A stretch of 64,000 nucleotides of DNA from Alphaproteobacteria bacterium (GTDB taxonomy: Bacteria; Pseudomonadota; Alphaproteobacteria; UBA828): contig CBDCQT010000011.1 of NCBI GenBank assembly GCA_965220745.1, positions 576,001 through 640,000 of the forward strand. Direction: 5' to 3'. The position numbers and the translations under genes are program-made. The notes beneath the pieces are model-generated. The model worked only from the letters and a program-made list of their open reading frames with translations. It did not search any database and had not been told where the DNA came from. Below, in pieces: positions 1-9,554 of this stretch (positions within the stretch are counted from its first letter, which is position 1; every line of letters begins with the position of its first letter).

Positions 1-1267
1 TGATCGCTTGCGCCATGTTCTCGCAGGTGATCGAGATGATCGCTTCGGCCGCCTCCAGCCGGTCGATGCCGAGCCGGTCGGCGATTCTGCTCACCGCGCG
101 CTCCGCGGCATCGGCATCGAGCGCGAGCTTGCCGCCCAGGGTGGCGTCCAGCCGGCCCAGGACGAAGTTCGCGTCTGTCACCGTTGCCTCGTCCCCGCCG
201 CGATCGTAGCAGGCGGGGCCCGGATCGGAGCCCGCGCTCTGCGGCCCGACGCGTAGCGAGCCGCCCTTGTCGACCCAGGCAATCGACCCGCCGCCGGCCC
301 CGACGCTGCGGATGTCCAGCATCGGGATGGTGATCGGCACCTCCCATTCGAGCTGGTAGTCGTGGGTGAGGAGCCCCTCGCCGTGATCGACGATCGATGC
401 GTCGAAGGTCGTGCCCCCCATGTCGGTATGGATGATGTTGGAGAACTCGGTGGTCTGGCTCAGGTAGCGGGCGTAGGCGACGCCGCCGGCCGGACCCGAT
501 TCCACCAGCTCCTCGGGCCGCTCGATGGCGAGATCAACGCCCATCATGCCGCCGTTACTTTTCAAGGCGAGCAGCGAGCCGGAGAAGCCGTTGTCGCGGA
601 GCCCGGCCGCCAGACGGTTGAAATAGCTGGTCATCACCGGGAGTAGCGCCGCGCGCACCACCGTGGTGGAAAAGCGCCCGTGCTCCCTGAACTTCCTTAC
701 CGTCTCGGACGAGAGCGCAATGTGGCAGTCGGGATATTCCTCGAGCAGGATGTCGCGCATCCGGGCTTCGTGCCGCCCGTCCACGTAGGCGTTGATGAAG
801 CAGATCGCGATCGACTGAGCGCCCTGCTCCCTGATCTGGCGCGCGACTTGGCGGGCCTCCTCGTCGTCGAAGGGGCTCAGGTCCTCGCCCGCAGCGGAGA
901 GCCGGCATCCCAGCGTGAAGCGCAGGCGCCGGGGCACGATGGGCGTGGGCCGCTTCTGGCGCAGCGCGAACAAGTGCTGGCGGCGCTGGCGTCCGATCTC
1001 GATGACGTCGCGAAAGCCTTCGGTCGTGACCATGGCGACCGGCGGGTAGCTGCGCTCGACCAGGGCGTTGGTCGCGGTCGTGGTGCCGTGCACGAGCACG
1101 CTGATCTCGGCCGGGGCGATTGCGGCTGCCTCCAGCGCGTTCAGCACGCCCACCGAGCGGTCGCCGGCGGTGGTCAGCACCTTCGCCGAGATCGTCTCGC
1201 CGCTCTCTCCGTTCGCCGCGAAGAGGTCGGTGAAGGTTCCGCCAACGTCAATTCCGACGTGCCACAT
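1..1267 (-). CDS. Hydantoinase/oxoprolinase A-subunit family protein (3' end runs off the window)
   Basis: Not in the ORF track. Manual translation from ATG at 1267 gives MWHVGIDVGGTFTDL..., VHGTTTATNALV, TTEGFRD, ESGPAGG, DMGGTTFD and SVGAGGGSIAW, all hallmark HyuA/OplA motifs. Confidence 0.9.
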   Translation of the reverse strand, partial: MWHVGIDVGGTFTDLFAANGESGETISAKVLTTAGDRSVGVLNALEAAAIAPAEISVLVHGTTTATNALVERSYPPVAMVTTEGFRDVIEIGRQRRQHLFALRQKRPTPIVPRRLRFTLGCRLSAAGEDLSPFDDEEARQVARQIREQGAQSIAICFINAYVDGRHEARMRDILLEEYPDCHIALSSETVRKFREHGRFSTTVVRAALLPVMTSYFNRLAAGLRDNGFSGSLLALKSNGGMMGVDLAIERPEELVESGPAGGVAYARYLSQTTEFSNIIHTDMGGTTFDASIVDHGEGLLTHDYQLEWEVPITIPMLDIRSVGAGGGSIAWVDKGGSLRVGPQSAGSDPGPACYDRGGDEATVTDANFVLGRLDATLGGKLALDADAAERAVSRIADRLGIDRLEAAEAIISITCENMAQAI

Positions 1268-1471
1268 CACGCTATTCCCGGTGGGTCGATGGATCGTGAG
1301 AACCGGTCGAAGACAGCCTGGTCGAGAACGGAGTCCGGCATCGCTCGCCGAAGAGGCCGTATTTCTAGCGAATCGCCGGCTTCACGGAAATATCGGCCGG
1401 CCCACAGATGACCTCGGCAAGGGTCATGTGATAGAGACATGGCGGCAGTTGAACGCGTTGGGAGGGTTTTC

Positions 1472-3538
1472 ATGCGCCACATCATGGGCGTCGATATCGG
1501 CGGCACCTTTACCGATTTTTCACTGATCGACGATCGCGGCGGCATCACGCTTTGGAAGGAAGCGACGACGCCCGCCGATCCGGGGGTCGCCGTCCAGCGC
1601 GGCCTGGAAGCGCTCGCAGATGCCCAAGGTCTGGAGGTCGATTCCTTCGTTGGCAGTCTGGACCTCTTCGTGCATGGCCAGACCATCGCCACCAACACGG
1701 TGATCCAGCGCAACGGCCCCAAGACGGCGCTGCTCTGCACCGAGGGCTTCCGCGACGTTCTCTACTTCCGCGACGGCTTCAAGCCCGACCGCTACAACGT
1801 CAGCCTGCCCAGATCGAAGGATTTCATCCGCCGCGACCTGCGCCTGCCGCTCACGGAGCGGATGGACTATCGCGGCGAGCCGCTGATCGAGCTCGACGAG
1901 GACTCGGTGCGCGCCGCGGCGCGGACACTCAGCGAACAGGGTGTCGAATCCGTCGCCGTAGCGCTGCTCTGGTCCATCATGAACTCGAGCCACGAAGTCC
2001 GCGCCAAGGAGATTCTCGCGGAAGAGCTTCCGGGCGTCCCCGTGGTCCTGAGCTCGGACGTGCTGCCCATGATCCGCGAGTGGGAGAGGACATCGAGCAC
2101 CGTCCTCAGCGCTTACATCCTGCCCCGTATCTCCAGCTACATGATCGCGCTCGAGAAATATCTCTCCGAGAACGGCTTCGGCCAGAACCTGCTGGTCATG
2201 CAGCTCAACGGCGGCACGGCGACGGTCAAGCAGATCATCGAGCGGCCGATCTACGCGCTGGCCTCGGGCCCGGCGGCGGGGCCGGCTGCCGGCCTCTATT
2301 GCGCCGAGCGGGTGGGCGTCAACAACGTCATCACCATCGACATGGGCGGCACCAGCTTCGACGTCTGCATGGTGACCGACGGCGAACCTGCGCTGACCAA
2401 GGACATGCGCGTGCACGACAACCCGGTGGGCGTGGCCGCGGTCGACGTGCATTCGATCGGCGCGGGTGGCGGCAGCATCGCCTGGATCGACAAGGGCGGC
2501 GCGCTGCAGGTCGGCCCGATGAGCGCCGGCGCCGAGCCGGGGCCTGCCTGCTACGAGCTGGGCGGCGACCGGCCCACAGTGACGGACGCCAACGTGGTCC
2601 TCGGCTACATCAACCCCGATTTCTTCCTCGGCGGGCGGAGGGACATCAATCCCGATGCCTCCAACCGGGTCATCGAGGAGTCCATCGCGAAGCCGCTGGG
2701 CTTGAGCGTCGAACAGGCCGCCGACGGCATCTTCCAGATCGTCAACACCAACATGGTGGACGCGATCCGCGTCGTCTCGGTCGAGAAGGGCATCGACCCG
2801 CGCGGCTACAGCCTGGTGGTGGGCGGCGGCGCCGGCGCCATCCATGCCGGCGCGCTCGGCGTGGAGCTCGGCATGAAGCAAGCGATCATTCCGCGCTACG
2901 GCGGGGTCTTCTGCTCCTACGGCATGATCGCGAGCGACGTCCGCCACGACCTGATCAAGGCCTTCGCCACCAACACCAGCGACTTCGACCTCGCGCGTGC
3001 CAACGAGATTTTCGCCGAGCTCGAAGCCGAAGCGATCGCCGAACTCAAGGCGCAGGGCTTCGCCCGCTCGCGAATCAAGATTGCCCGCTTCGCCGACGCC
3101 AAATACTCGAACCAGATTCACGAGCTCACGATCCCGCTGCCGTCCAAGGGCAAGATCAAGAAGTCCGACATCGACAACATCGCCGAGGCCTTCCACGGCC
3201 TGCACGAGCGCATGTTCTCCTACTGCGTGCGGGAGAGCGCGGTCGACCTGTTCCACTGGCGGATCACGGCGGAGGGCCGGCTGCCAGAGCGCGAGACACC
3301 GATTCAGAAGCGCACGCGCAAGCCCGCGAGCGAGGCGCAGAAGGGCACGCGCATGGTCTATTTCAGGGCCTTCAAGAAGTACCGCCGGACCAAGATTTAC
3401 GACGGTGCCAAGGTGCGCCACGGCATGACCATCGAAGGGCCGGCCGTGGTCGAGCAGGAGAACTCGACGATCGTGGTCCAACCCAAGCACACCCTGAAGG
3501 TCAACCGCTACGACGATTTCGTCCTCGCGATCAACTGA
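1472..3538 (+). CDS. Hydantoinase A / 5-oxoprolinase ATP-binding subunit
   Basis: GVDIGGTFTD, HGQTIATN, SGPAAG, DMGGTSFD, GAGGGS, GPMSAGAEPGPACY, PTVTDA. GGAGG RBS lies before ATG 1472. Confidence 0.93.
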   Translation: MRHIMGVDIGGTFTDFSLIDDRGGITLWKEATTPADPGVAVQRGLEALADAQGLEVDSFVGSLDLFVHGQTIATNTVIQRNGPKTALLCTEGFRDVLYFRDGFKPDRYNVSLPRSKDFIRRDLRLPLTERMDYRGEPLIELDEDSVRAAARTLSEQGVESVAVALLWSIMNSSHEVRAKEILAEELPGVPVVLSSDVLPMIREWERTSSTVLSAYILPRISSYMIALEKYLSENGFGQNLLVMQLNGGTATVKQIIERPIYALASGPAAGPAAGLYCAERVGVNNVITIDMGGTSFDVCMVTDGEPALTKDMRVHDNPVGVAAVDVHSIGAGGGSIAWIDKGGALQVGPMSAGAEPGPACYELGGDRPTVTDANVVLGYINPDFFLGGRRDINPDASNRVIEESIAKPLGLSVEQAADGIFQIVNTNMVDAIRVVSVEKGIDPRGYSLVVGGGAGAIHAGALGVELGMKQAIIPRYGGVFCSYGMIASDVRHDLIKAFATNTSDFDLARANEIFAELEAEAIAELKAQGFARSRIKIARFADAKYSNQIHELTIPLPSKGKIKKSDIDNIAEAFHGLHERMFSYCVRESAVDLFHWRITAEGRLPERETPIQKRTRKPASEAQKGTRMVYFRAFKKYRRTKIYDGAKVRHGMTIEGPAVVEQENSTIVVQPKHTLKVNRYDDFVLAIN

Positions 3539-3549
3539 GGGAGCGAGAC

Positions 3550-5490
3550 ATGGCCAACATATCCACGGTGCACCGCACCGGGCCGAAGACCAAGAGCATC
3601 GCCAAGAGGCAGGTCAGGACGCGGCCCCAGAAGAGCGCCAAGACGGCCGTCGATCCGATCACCTTCTCGGTCGTTCTCAATCGCTTCAACACGATTGCGA
3701 ACGAGATGACGCTGACCATGGAGAAGACCTCCTGGACCTCGATCATCGCGCTCGCACGCGACTTCTCTTGCGCGATCTACGACGCGAAGGCGCGCCAGAT
3801 CTGCATGATGGACGCGCTGCCGGTCCACACCAACTCGATGCACGTGGTCCTGAAGGAGATCGCGCGAGTCTTCGAAGGCGACATCCACGACGGCGATGTC
3901 ATCGTCTGCAACGACGCCTACAGCGGCAACACCCACGTCGGCGATTTCGTCACCGCCTGCCCGGTGTTCCACAAGGGCAAGCACATGTTCTGGAGCATGA
4001 CCAAGGGCCATCAGCTGGATTGCGGTGCCTTCATCCCCACCAGCACGCCCGCCGCCGCCAAGGACGTTTGGCAAGAAGGGCTGCAGCTGCCGCCGATCAA
4101 GTTCTACGAGAAGGGCCAGCGGCGCGAGGACGTGGTGCGCATGTACCTTGCCAACGTGCGCTGGCAGGAGTGGCTCTACGGCGACCTGATGGCGCAGCTC
4201 GGCTCGATCTGGACCGGCAAGCGGCGGCTCATCGAGCTTGCGGCGCACTACGGCAACGACGAGGTGGAGCGCTATATCGAGGCGATCTTCGACTACGCCG
4301 ACCAGCGCATGGCCCAGGAAATCCGCCAGATGCCGGATGGCGACTACGAGGGCACATCCTGGCTCGACACCGACGGCCAGGGCGGCACCGACATTCCCGT
4401 GAACGCGCGGGTCTCGATCCGGGACGACCGGGTCCACGTCGATTTCGGCGGCTCCGCACCGCAGACGCCGGGCGCCAACAACTCCTCCTTCGGCGTCATG
4501 CAGGCCGCGGCGGGCATCCCGATCCTCTGCACGATCGACCCCTCGATCCCCCACAACGACGGCTGCCTGCGCCACATCACGGCCGAGGCCCCGCTCGGCT
4601 CGGTGTGCAACGCGCAGTATCCGGCCTCCACCGCGCTCGCCACCATCGGCCCCGACGACACCATGCAGGACGCCGTCTACAAGGCGCTCGCCCACGCGGT
4701 GCCCGAGCGGGTTACCGGCGGGAACGGCCGGGTCAGCTGCGTGCCCTTCTTCTCGGGCACCGATACCCGCGACGGGCAGGACCGTTCCTGGGGCTGCATG
4801 TTCTTCAACGGCGGGCCGGCGGGCGGGGCATCCTCGAAGGAGGACGGCTGGCCGCTCCTCATCACGTCGGCCGGCATGGGTGGACTCAAGATCCTGAGCG
4901 TCGAGATGAGCGAGATGCTCTACCCCATGCGCGTCGATAAGCAGGAGATCGGCGCCGATTCCATGGGGCACGGCGAGCATCACGGCGGCCCCGGCGTCGA
5001 AATTCAGATCACGCCCATCGGCGGCCCGATCGAGTGCCACCTGTTCGGCGACGGCACCGCCAATCCGCCTCACGGCGTGATGGGCGGCACGACCGGGATC
5101 GGCGGCGGCAGCTACAAGGAGAACCTGGAAACGGGCAAGCGCACCTATTGCTCCTCGAAGGGGCTCCTCATGATCGAGGAGAACGAGGTTTGGGTGGCGC
5201 ACTCCAGCGGCGGCGGTGGCTACGGCGATCCGTTGAAGCGCGATCCCGAGGCGGTGCTGGAGAGCATCTTCGAGGGGCTGCTCACGGTCGAATGCGCGAC
5301 CGAGGTCTATGGCGTCGTCATCAACAAGGCGACCATGACCATCGACTGGAACAAGACCGAGGCGCGGCGAGAGCAGATAGCGGCCGAGCGCGGTCCATTG
5401 GAGGTGGTGGTACCGACCACGCCAGGCGCCTCCGACTGGATTCCGAAGCGGCTCCGGGACGGCGACGAATATCTGATCGATCCGCAATGA
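3550..5490 (+). CDS. Hydantoinase B / oxoprolinase subunit, paralog B1
   Basis: DPITFSVV, RDFSC, NDAYSGNTHVGD, KGHQLD, EGLQLPP, GGGGYGDP. AGGGAG RBS before ATG 3550. This is the C-terminal part of track ORF 1552..5490. Confidence 0.93.
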   Translation: MANISTVHRTGPKTKSIAKRQVRTRPQKSAKTAVDPITFSVVLNRFNTIANEMTLTMEKTSWTSIIALARDFSCAIYDAKARQICMMDALPVHTNSMHVVLKEIARVFEGDIHDGDVIVCNDAYSGNTHVGDFVTACPVFHKGKHMFWSMTKGHQLDCGAFIPTSTPAAAKDVWQEGLQLPPIKFYEKGQRREDVVRMYLANVRWQEWLYGDLMAQLGSIWTGKRRLIELAAHYGNDEVERYIEAIFDYADQRMAQEIRQMPDGDYEGTSWLDTDGQGGTDIPVNARVSIRDDRVHVDFGGSAPQTPGANNSSFGVMQAAAGIPILCTIDPSIPHNDGCLRHITAEAPLGSVCNAQYPASTALATIGPDDTMQDAVYKALAHAVPERVTGGNGRVSCVPFFSGTDTRDGQDRSWGCMFFNGGPAGGASSKEDGWPLLITSAGMGGLKILSVEMSEMLYPMRVDKQEIGADSMGHGEHHGGPGVEIQITPIGGPIECHLFGDGTANPPHGVMGGTTGIGGGSYKENLETGKRTYCSSKGLLMIEENEVWVAHSSGGGGYGDPLKRDPEAVLESIFEGLLTVECATEVYGVVINKATMTIDWNKTEARREQIAAERGPLEVVVPTTPGASDWIPKRLRDGDEYLIDPQ

Positions 5491-5504
5491 GCGGGAGCAA
5501 CGCC

Positions 5505-6419
5505 ATGGCGAGGCTCAATACATTCGATGCCGACGTCGGCGCAGATTCGTTGGCGGCGGCGATCAAGCGGGACGGCTATGTGATCGTGCGGGAGCTTCTC
5601 GATCCTGAGACCCTTGCGCGGCTCTCGGGCGAGCTGACCCCGCATCTGGAGGCGACGGATCTTGGCGACCCCGACGCCTTCATGGGGCACAAGACGAAGC
5701 GCTTCGGCGCGTTGCTCTCACGCTGCCCGACGAGCCGCGACATGGTGGTCCATCCGCTGGTGCTGGAGATCGCTGACCGCGTCCTCGGGCCGTATTGCGC
5801 GCGCTACCAGGTCCATTACACCGGAGTGATGCACGTCGAGCCCGGCGAGACCGTGCAAACGATGCACCGGGATACCGGCCTCTTTCCCATCCAGAACCCC
5901 GCGCCGCCGCTGACGCTCGCGACCATGTGGGCGGTCAGCGACTTCTCGGTGGAGAACGGGGCGACCCGCATCGTGCCGGGGAGCCACCAATGGCCTGACG
6001 AGCGCATACCGGAGCCGGACGAGATAAAGCAGGCGGAAATGCCGGCCGGTTCGCTGCTGATGTACGTGGGCAGCGTGATCCATGGCGCCGGCGCCAATCG
6101 CTCGAACGCCGCTCGCTGCGGTGTCGCGCTTCACTACGCGCTCGGCTGGCTGCGCCAGGAGGAGAACCAGTACCTCGCCGTGCCGATGGAGGAGGCGCGG
6201 ACCTTCCCCCATCAGTTGCAGTGCCTGATGGGCTACGACCTGGGCACAGTTAACCTGGGGTTCGTCGACCACAAGCATCCGAACGACATCCTGAACGGCA
6301 CCGCCGGCGATCAGGCCGGCGTGCTCGGACCTCAGGAGCTGATGGATGCGGACAACGCGATCCAGCGCTTCAAGGTCGAAGGCACAAAGGCCGTCGGCCG
6401 CGCTCGCATGAGTGTGTAA
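5505..6419 (+). CDS. Phytanoyl-CoA dioxygenase (PhyH) family Fe(II)/2-oxoglutarate oxygenase
   Basis: DGYVIV, H-x-D (MHRD), NGATRIVPGSH, distal IHGAGAN..R, WLRQEEN. Alternative start at 5487 overlaps the B1 stop. Confidence 0.88.
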   Translation: MARLNTFDADVGADSLAAAIKRDGYVIVRELLDPETLARLSGELTPHLEATDLGDPDAFMGHKTKRFGALLSRCPTSRDMVVHPLVLEIADRVLGPYCARYQVHYTGVMHVEPGETVQTMHRDTGLFPIQNPAPPLTLATMWAVSDFSVENGATRIVPGSHQWPDERIPEPDEIKQAEMPAGSLLMYVGSVIHGAGANRSNAARCGVALHYALGWLRQEENQYLAVPMEEARTFPHQLQCLMGYDLGTVNLGFVDHKHPNDILNGTAGDQAGVLGPQELMDADNAIQRFKVEGTKAVGRARMSV

Positions 6420-6461
6420 GCAACGGTCAAGCGAGCGACCCGCACCTCGCGGGCCCTTATC

Positions 6462-7367
6462 TCATAGCGGATCCCAGCTGAACACGTCGCCGGAGCGGTC
6501 CAGCGCGGCGAAGTGGCCCTGCAGCGCCGGCACGGCGTGGTCGGCGATCGCTTGCACGTCCCACCCCTCGCTCCGGTGGACGCTGCGGGCGGGCCGGAAA
6601 GGATCGAAGAGGAAAATCTCGTTGTGGCGTGTCCCGAAGACCTGGCCTGAGATGTCGCGCGCCGCGTCGGACGCGAGAAACACGGCGAGCGGCGCGTTCT
6701 TCTCGGGCGTCATCTTCTTGAGGCGCTCGATCCGCTCCCGTTGCTCGTCCGTGTCGGCCGGGATTTCGCTCGTCATCCGGCTCCAGGCGAAGGGCGCGAT
6801 GCAGTTGGAGCGCACGTTGAAGCGCTTCATGTCGAGGGCGATCGACTTGGACAGCGCGCAGATGCCGAGCTTGGCCGCCGCGTAATTCGCCTGCCCGAAG
6901 TTGCCGATCAGCCCGGACGTGCTGGTCATGTGGACGAAGGCGCCCGACTCCTGACGCCGGAAGTGCTCCGCCGCCGCGCGGCTCAGGAAGAAGCTGCCGT
7001 TGAGATGCACGCCGACGACGGAGAGCCATTGCTCGGCCGTCATCTTGTGGAAGATGGTATCGCGCAGGATACCGGCGTTATTCACCACGATGTCGATCCG
7101 CCCGAAGGCATCGAGCGCGGTTGCCACGATGGCGCGGGCGCTCTCCCAGCTCTCGACGCTGTGCGTGTCGATGGCGGCGGTGCCGCCGTCTTTCTCGATC
7201 AGCCGCTTGGTCTCCTCGGCTGGGGTCGCCGAGCCGCCTTCGCCTGTGACCGAGACGCCGATATCGTTGACGACGACGGAAGCCCCGGTCTGCGCGAGCG
7301 CCAGTGCGATCTCACGGCCGATGCCGCCGCCCGCGCCGGAGACGATTGCAACCTTTCCCTCGTTCAC
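6462..7367 (-). CDS. SDR oxidoreductase (3-hydroxyacyl-CoA dehydrogenase/MFE-2-like)
   Basis: SGAGGGIG, VVVND, NNAGILRD, GNFGQANYAAAK. Confidence 0.9.
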   Translation of the reverse strand: MNEGKVAIVSGAGGGIGREIALALAQTGASVVVNDIGVSVTGEGGSATPAEETKRLIEKDGGTAAIDTHSVESWESARAIVATALDAFGRIDIVVNNAGILRDTIFHKMTAEQWLSVVGVHLNGSFFLSRAAAEHFRRQESGAFVHMTSTSGLIGNFGQANYAAAKLGICALSKSIALDMKRFNVRSNCIAPFAWSRMTSEIPADTDEQRERIERLKKMTPEKNAPLAVFLASDAARDISGQVFGTRHNEIFLFDPFRPARSVHRSEGWDVQAIADHAVPALQGHFAALDRSGDVFSWDPL

Positions 7368-7388
7368 CGTTCATCTCCCATCATTGCG

Positions 7389-8234
7389 TCACCCGAAGGT
7401 CGCGAGGCCGTTGCGCAGGACCAAGACGTCGCGCTCGACGGCGCGCGCGCGAAAGGCGCCGTTCCGCCACATCTCCACCTCGACGGTCTCCCCCGGAAAG
7501 ATCGGCGCCGAGAACCGCGCGGACATGCTGCGGAGCGATCCGGGATCGTCGGCAGCGAACGCGCGCAGAATGGCGTGGCAAGCGATGCCGAAGGTGCAGA
7601 GCCCGTGGAGGATCGGCCGCTCGAAGCCCGCCTTCTGCGCGACTGCAGGGTCGAGATGGAGCGGGTTGGGATCGCCATTCAGGCGATAAAGGAGAGCCTG
7701 TTCCGGACGCGTGGCAATGGCAACGGTGCGGTCGGGCTGGTCGCCCGGTTCCTCCGGCGCGGGACGCGGCGTGCCGGAGGGGCCATCGTAGCCGCCGTCG
7801 CCCCGGAGCATGATCGTGCGCGTCTCGGTCGTGATGACCGCGCCCGTGTCTGTGTCGCTGAGCGTCTTTTCGAGATAGAGCAGCGCGCCCTTCTGCGCTC
7901 CCTTGTCGACGATATCGACGATTCGGGTCTTGCCGACGACCGTACCGGCGCTGGGGATGGGTGCCTTCAGGGAGAATCCCTGCTCGGCATGGACGACCCG
8001 GCCCGCGTCGACCGTGGTGCGCGGATCGGCCAGCCAGAAGCCGGGATGGCCGAGCACCGAGCAGAACGACGGTACGATGCGGGGGCCCTTGTGGTCATCC
8101 ACGAATTGCAACTGCCACGGGTCGAGAGGATCGTGGCCGAGCCCGATTGACAGCGCGTAACGCACCGAGTCGAGCGGGCCGTAAGTCTGCCGGGCCTCGG
8201 GAATCTCGAAGCCCATGAGGGCATCGTAGTTCAC
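7389..8234 (-). CDS. MaoC-family double hot-dog (R)-specific enoyl-CoA hydratase
   Basis: YRLNGDPNPLH hydratase-2 motif, PILHGLCT, RFSAPIFPGE. Confidence 0.9.
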   Translation of the reverse strand: MNYDALMGFEIPEARQTYGPLDSVRYALSIGLGHDPLDPWQLQFVDDHKGPRIVPSFCSVLGHPGFWLADPRTTVDAGRVVHAEQGFSLKAPIPSAGTVVGKTRIVDIVDKGAQKGALLYLEKTLSDTDTGAVITTETRTIMLRGDGGYDGPSGTPRPAPEEPGDQPDRTVAIATRPEQALLYRLNGDPNPLHLDPAVAQKAGFERPILHGLCTFGIACHAILRAFAADDPGSLRSMSARFSAPIFPGETVEVEMWRNGAFRARAVERDVLVLRNGLATFG

Positions 8235-8325
8235 GGTGCGGAGGTCTCAGAGCGCGGTGGGTTGCTCACAGCCGTCGCAATGAGGTGAGGGTTATGCTGC
8301 AGATTGAGCCGGCGCGGTGGGTCAT

Positions 8326-9528
8326 TCAGCCGTCGTAGTGTCCGACGATCGCGACGCTGCAGACGTTCTGCACGGGATGGCCACCCAGGTTGTGGGTCAG
8401 ACCGTAGCGCATGGAATCGATCTGGCGCTCCTCCGCGCGGCCGTGGAACTGCAGATAGATCTCGTAGAGCATCCGCAGGCCGGAGGCCCCGATGGGGTGG
8501 CCGAAGCACTTCAGGCCGCCGTCGATCTGGCACGGCATGTCGCCATCGGCATCGTAACGGCCGTCGAGCACCGCCTTCCAGGCCTGGCCCTCGTCGGCGA
8601 GGCCGAGGTCCTCCATCGTCACCAGCTCAGTGATCGAGAAGCAGTCGTGGACCTCGGTGGCACTGATCTCCTTGCGCGGATCGTCGATGCCGGCTTCCTC
8701 GTAGGCGCGCTGGGCGGCGATGCGCGTGGTCTTGAAGTGGGCGCCGTTCCAGCTGTTGAAGCCGATCTCTTCGCCGTTCGAGACGCTGAGCTGCAAACCC
8801 TTGACCGTCACGACGTTCGTTTTGCCCAGGGTCATGGCGATCTCGGGCGTGGTGACGATGGCGCAGGCCGCGCCGTCGCTGACGCCGCAGCAATCGAACA
8901 GGCCGATGGGCTCCGCGACCATCGGTGCCCCGATCGCCTGCTCGTGGGTGATCTCGCGGCGCAAGTGCGCCTTGGGGTTGCGCGCGCCATTGGCGTGGCT
9001 CTTGACCGAGACGTGAGCCATCGCGCGCTTGAGATCGTCCCTGTCGATGCCGTGGGCGCCGCGGTAGCCGGCCGCGAGCTGCGCGAAGGCGCCCGGCGCG
9101 GAGACGTTGGGGGAGAACAGATCGTTGGTCACCCCGCGGGTCCGGGCCGGCAGGCCGCCATAACCAGTGTCCTTCAGCTTCTCCACGCCAAGCGCGAGCG
9201 CGAAGTCCGCAGCACCCGAGGCCACCGCGTAGCAGGCGCCGCGGAAGGCTTCCGTTCCGCTCGCGCACATGTTCTCGACGTGCGTGACCGGGATGTAGCC
9301 GAGCCTGAGCGAAGTCGCGAGCGGCAGCGCGCTCGGCCCGACGTTGACGGAGTCGAACGCCGTGCTCAGCCACGCCGCATCGATCTGCGAGCGTTCGATC
9401 CCGGCGTCGGCGATGCACTCCTCGAACGCCTCGGCCATCAGGTCCGAGGGCTCGGCATCCCACCGCTCGCCGAACTTCGAGCAGCCCATGCCGAGGATTG
9501 CCACCTTGTCTCGAATTCCGCTGGCCAT
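8326..9528 (-). CDS. Thiolase-family protein (SCP2/acetyl-CoA acetyltransferase type)
   Basis: ENMCASG, DCCGVSDGA, EVHDCF, GGLKCFGHPIGASG. Confidence 0.9.
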   Translation of the reverse strand: MASGIRDKVAILGMGCSKFGERWDAEPSDLMAEAFEECIADAGIERSQIDAAWLSTAFDSVNVGPSALPLATSLRLGYIPVTHVENMCASGTEAFRGACYAVASGAADFALALGVEKLKDTGYGGLPARTRGVTNDLFSPNVSAPGAFAQLAAGYRGAHGIDRDDLKRAMAHVSVKSHANGARNPKAHLRREITHEQAIGAPMVAEPIGLFDCCGVSDGAACAIVTTPEIAMTLGKTNVVTVKGLQLSVSNGEEIGFNSWNGAHFKTTRIAAQRAYEEAGIDDPRKEISATEVHDCFSITELVTMEDLGLADEGQAWKAVLDGRYDADGDMPCQIDGGLKCFGHPIGASGLRMLYEIYLQFHGRAEERQIDSMRYGLTHNLGGHPVQNVCSVAIVGHYDG

Positions 9529-9554
9529 GTTCGTTCTCCCCGCGCTGCAGCGCC

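Noticed and set aside
1267-1740. 157-aa minus-strand ORF abutting the first A gene
   Set aside because: Mostly antisense to the real A gene, with no recognisable motif.
1552-5490. 1312-aa ORF suggesting a giant protein or a frameshifted A-B fusion
   Set aside because: The first ~665 codons are an Arg/Gly-rich off-frame shadow of the A gene. B1 has its own RBS and ATG at 3550, and I saw no slippery heptamer near the end of A.
8253-8323. 11-bp direct repeat GCGCGGTGGGT flanking about 50 bp between thiolase and MaoC
   Set aside because: Only two short GC-rich copies; chance cannot be excluded.
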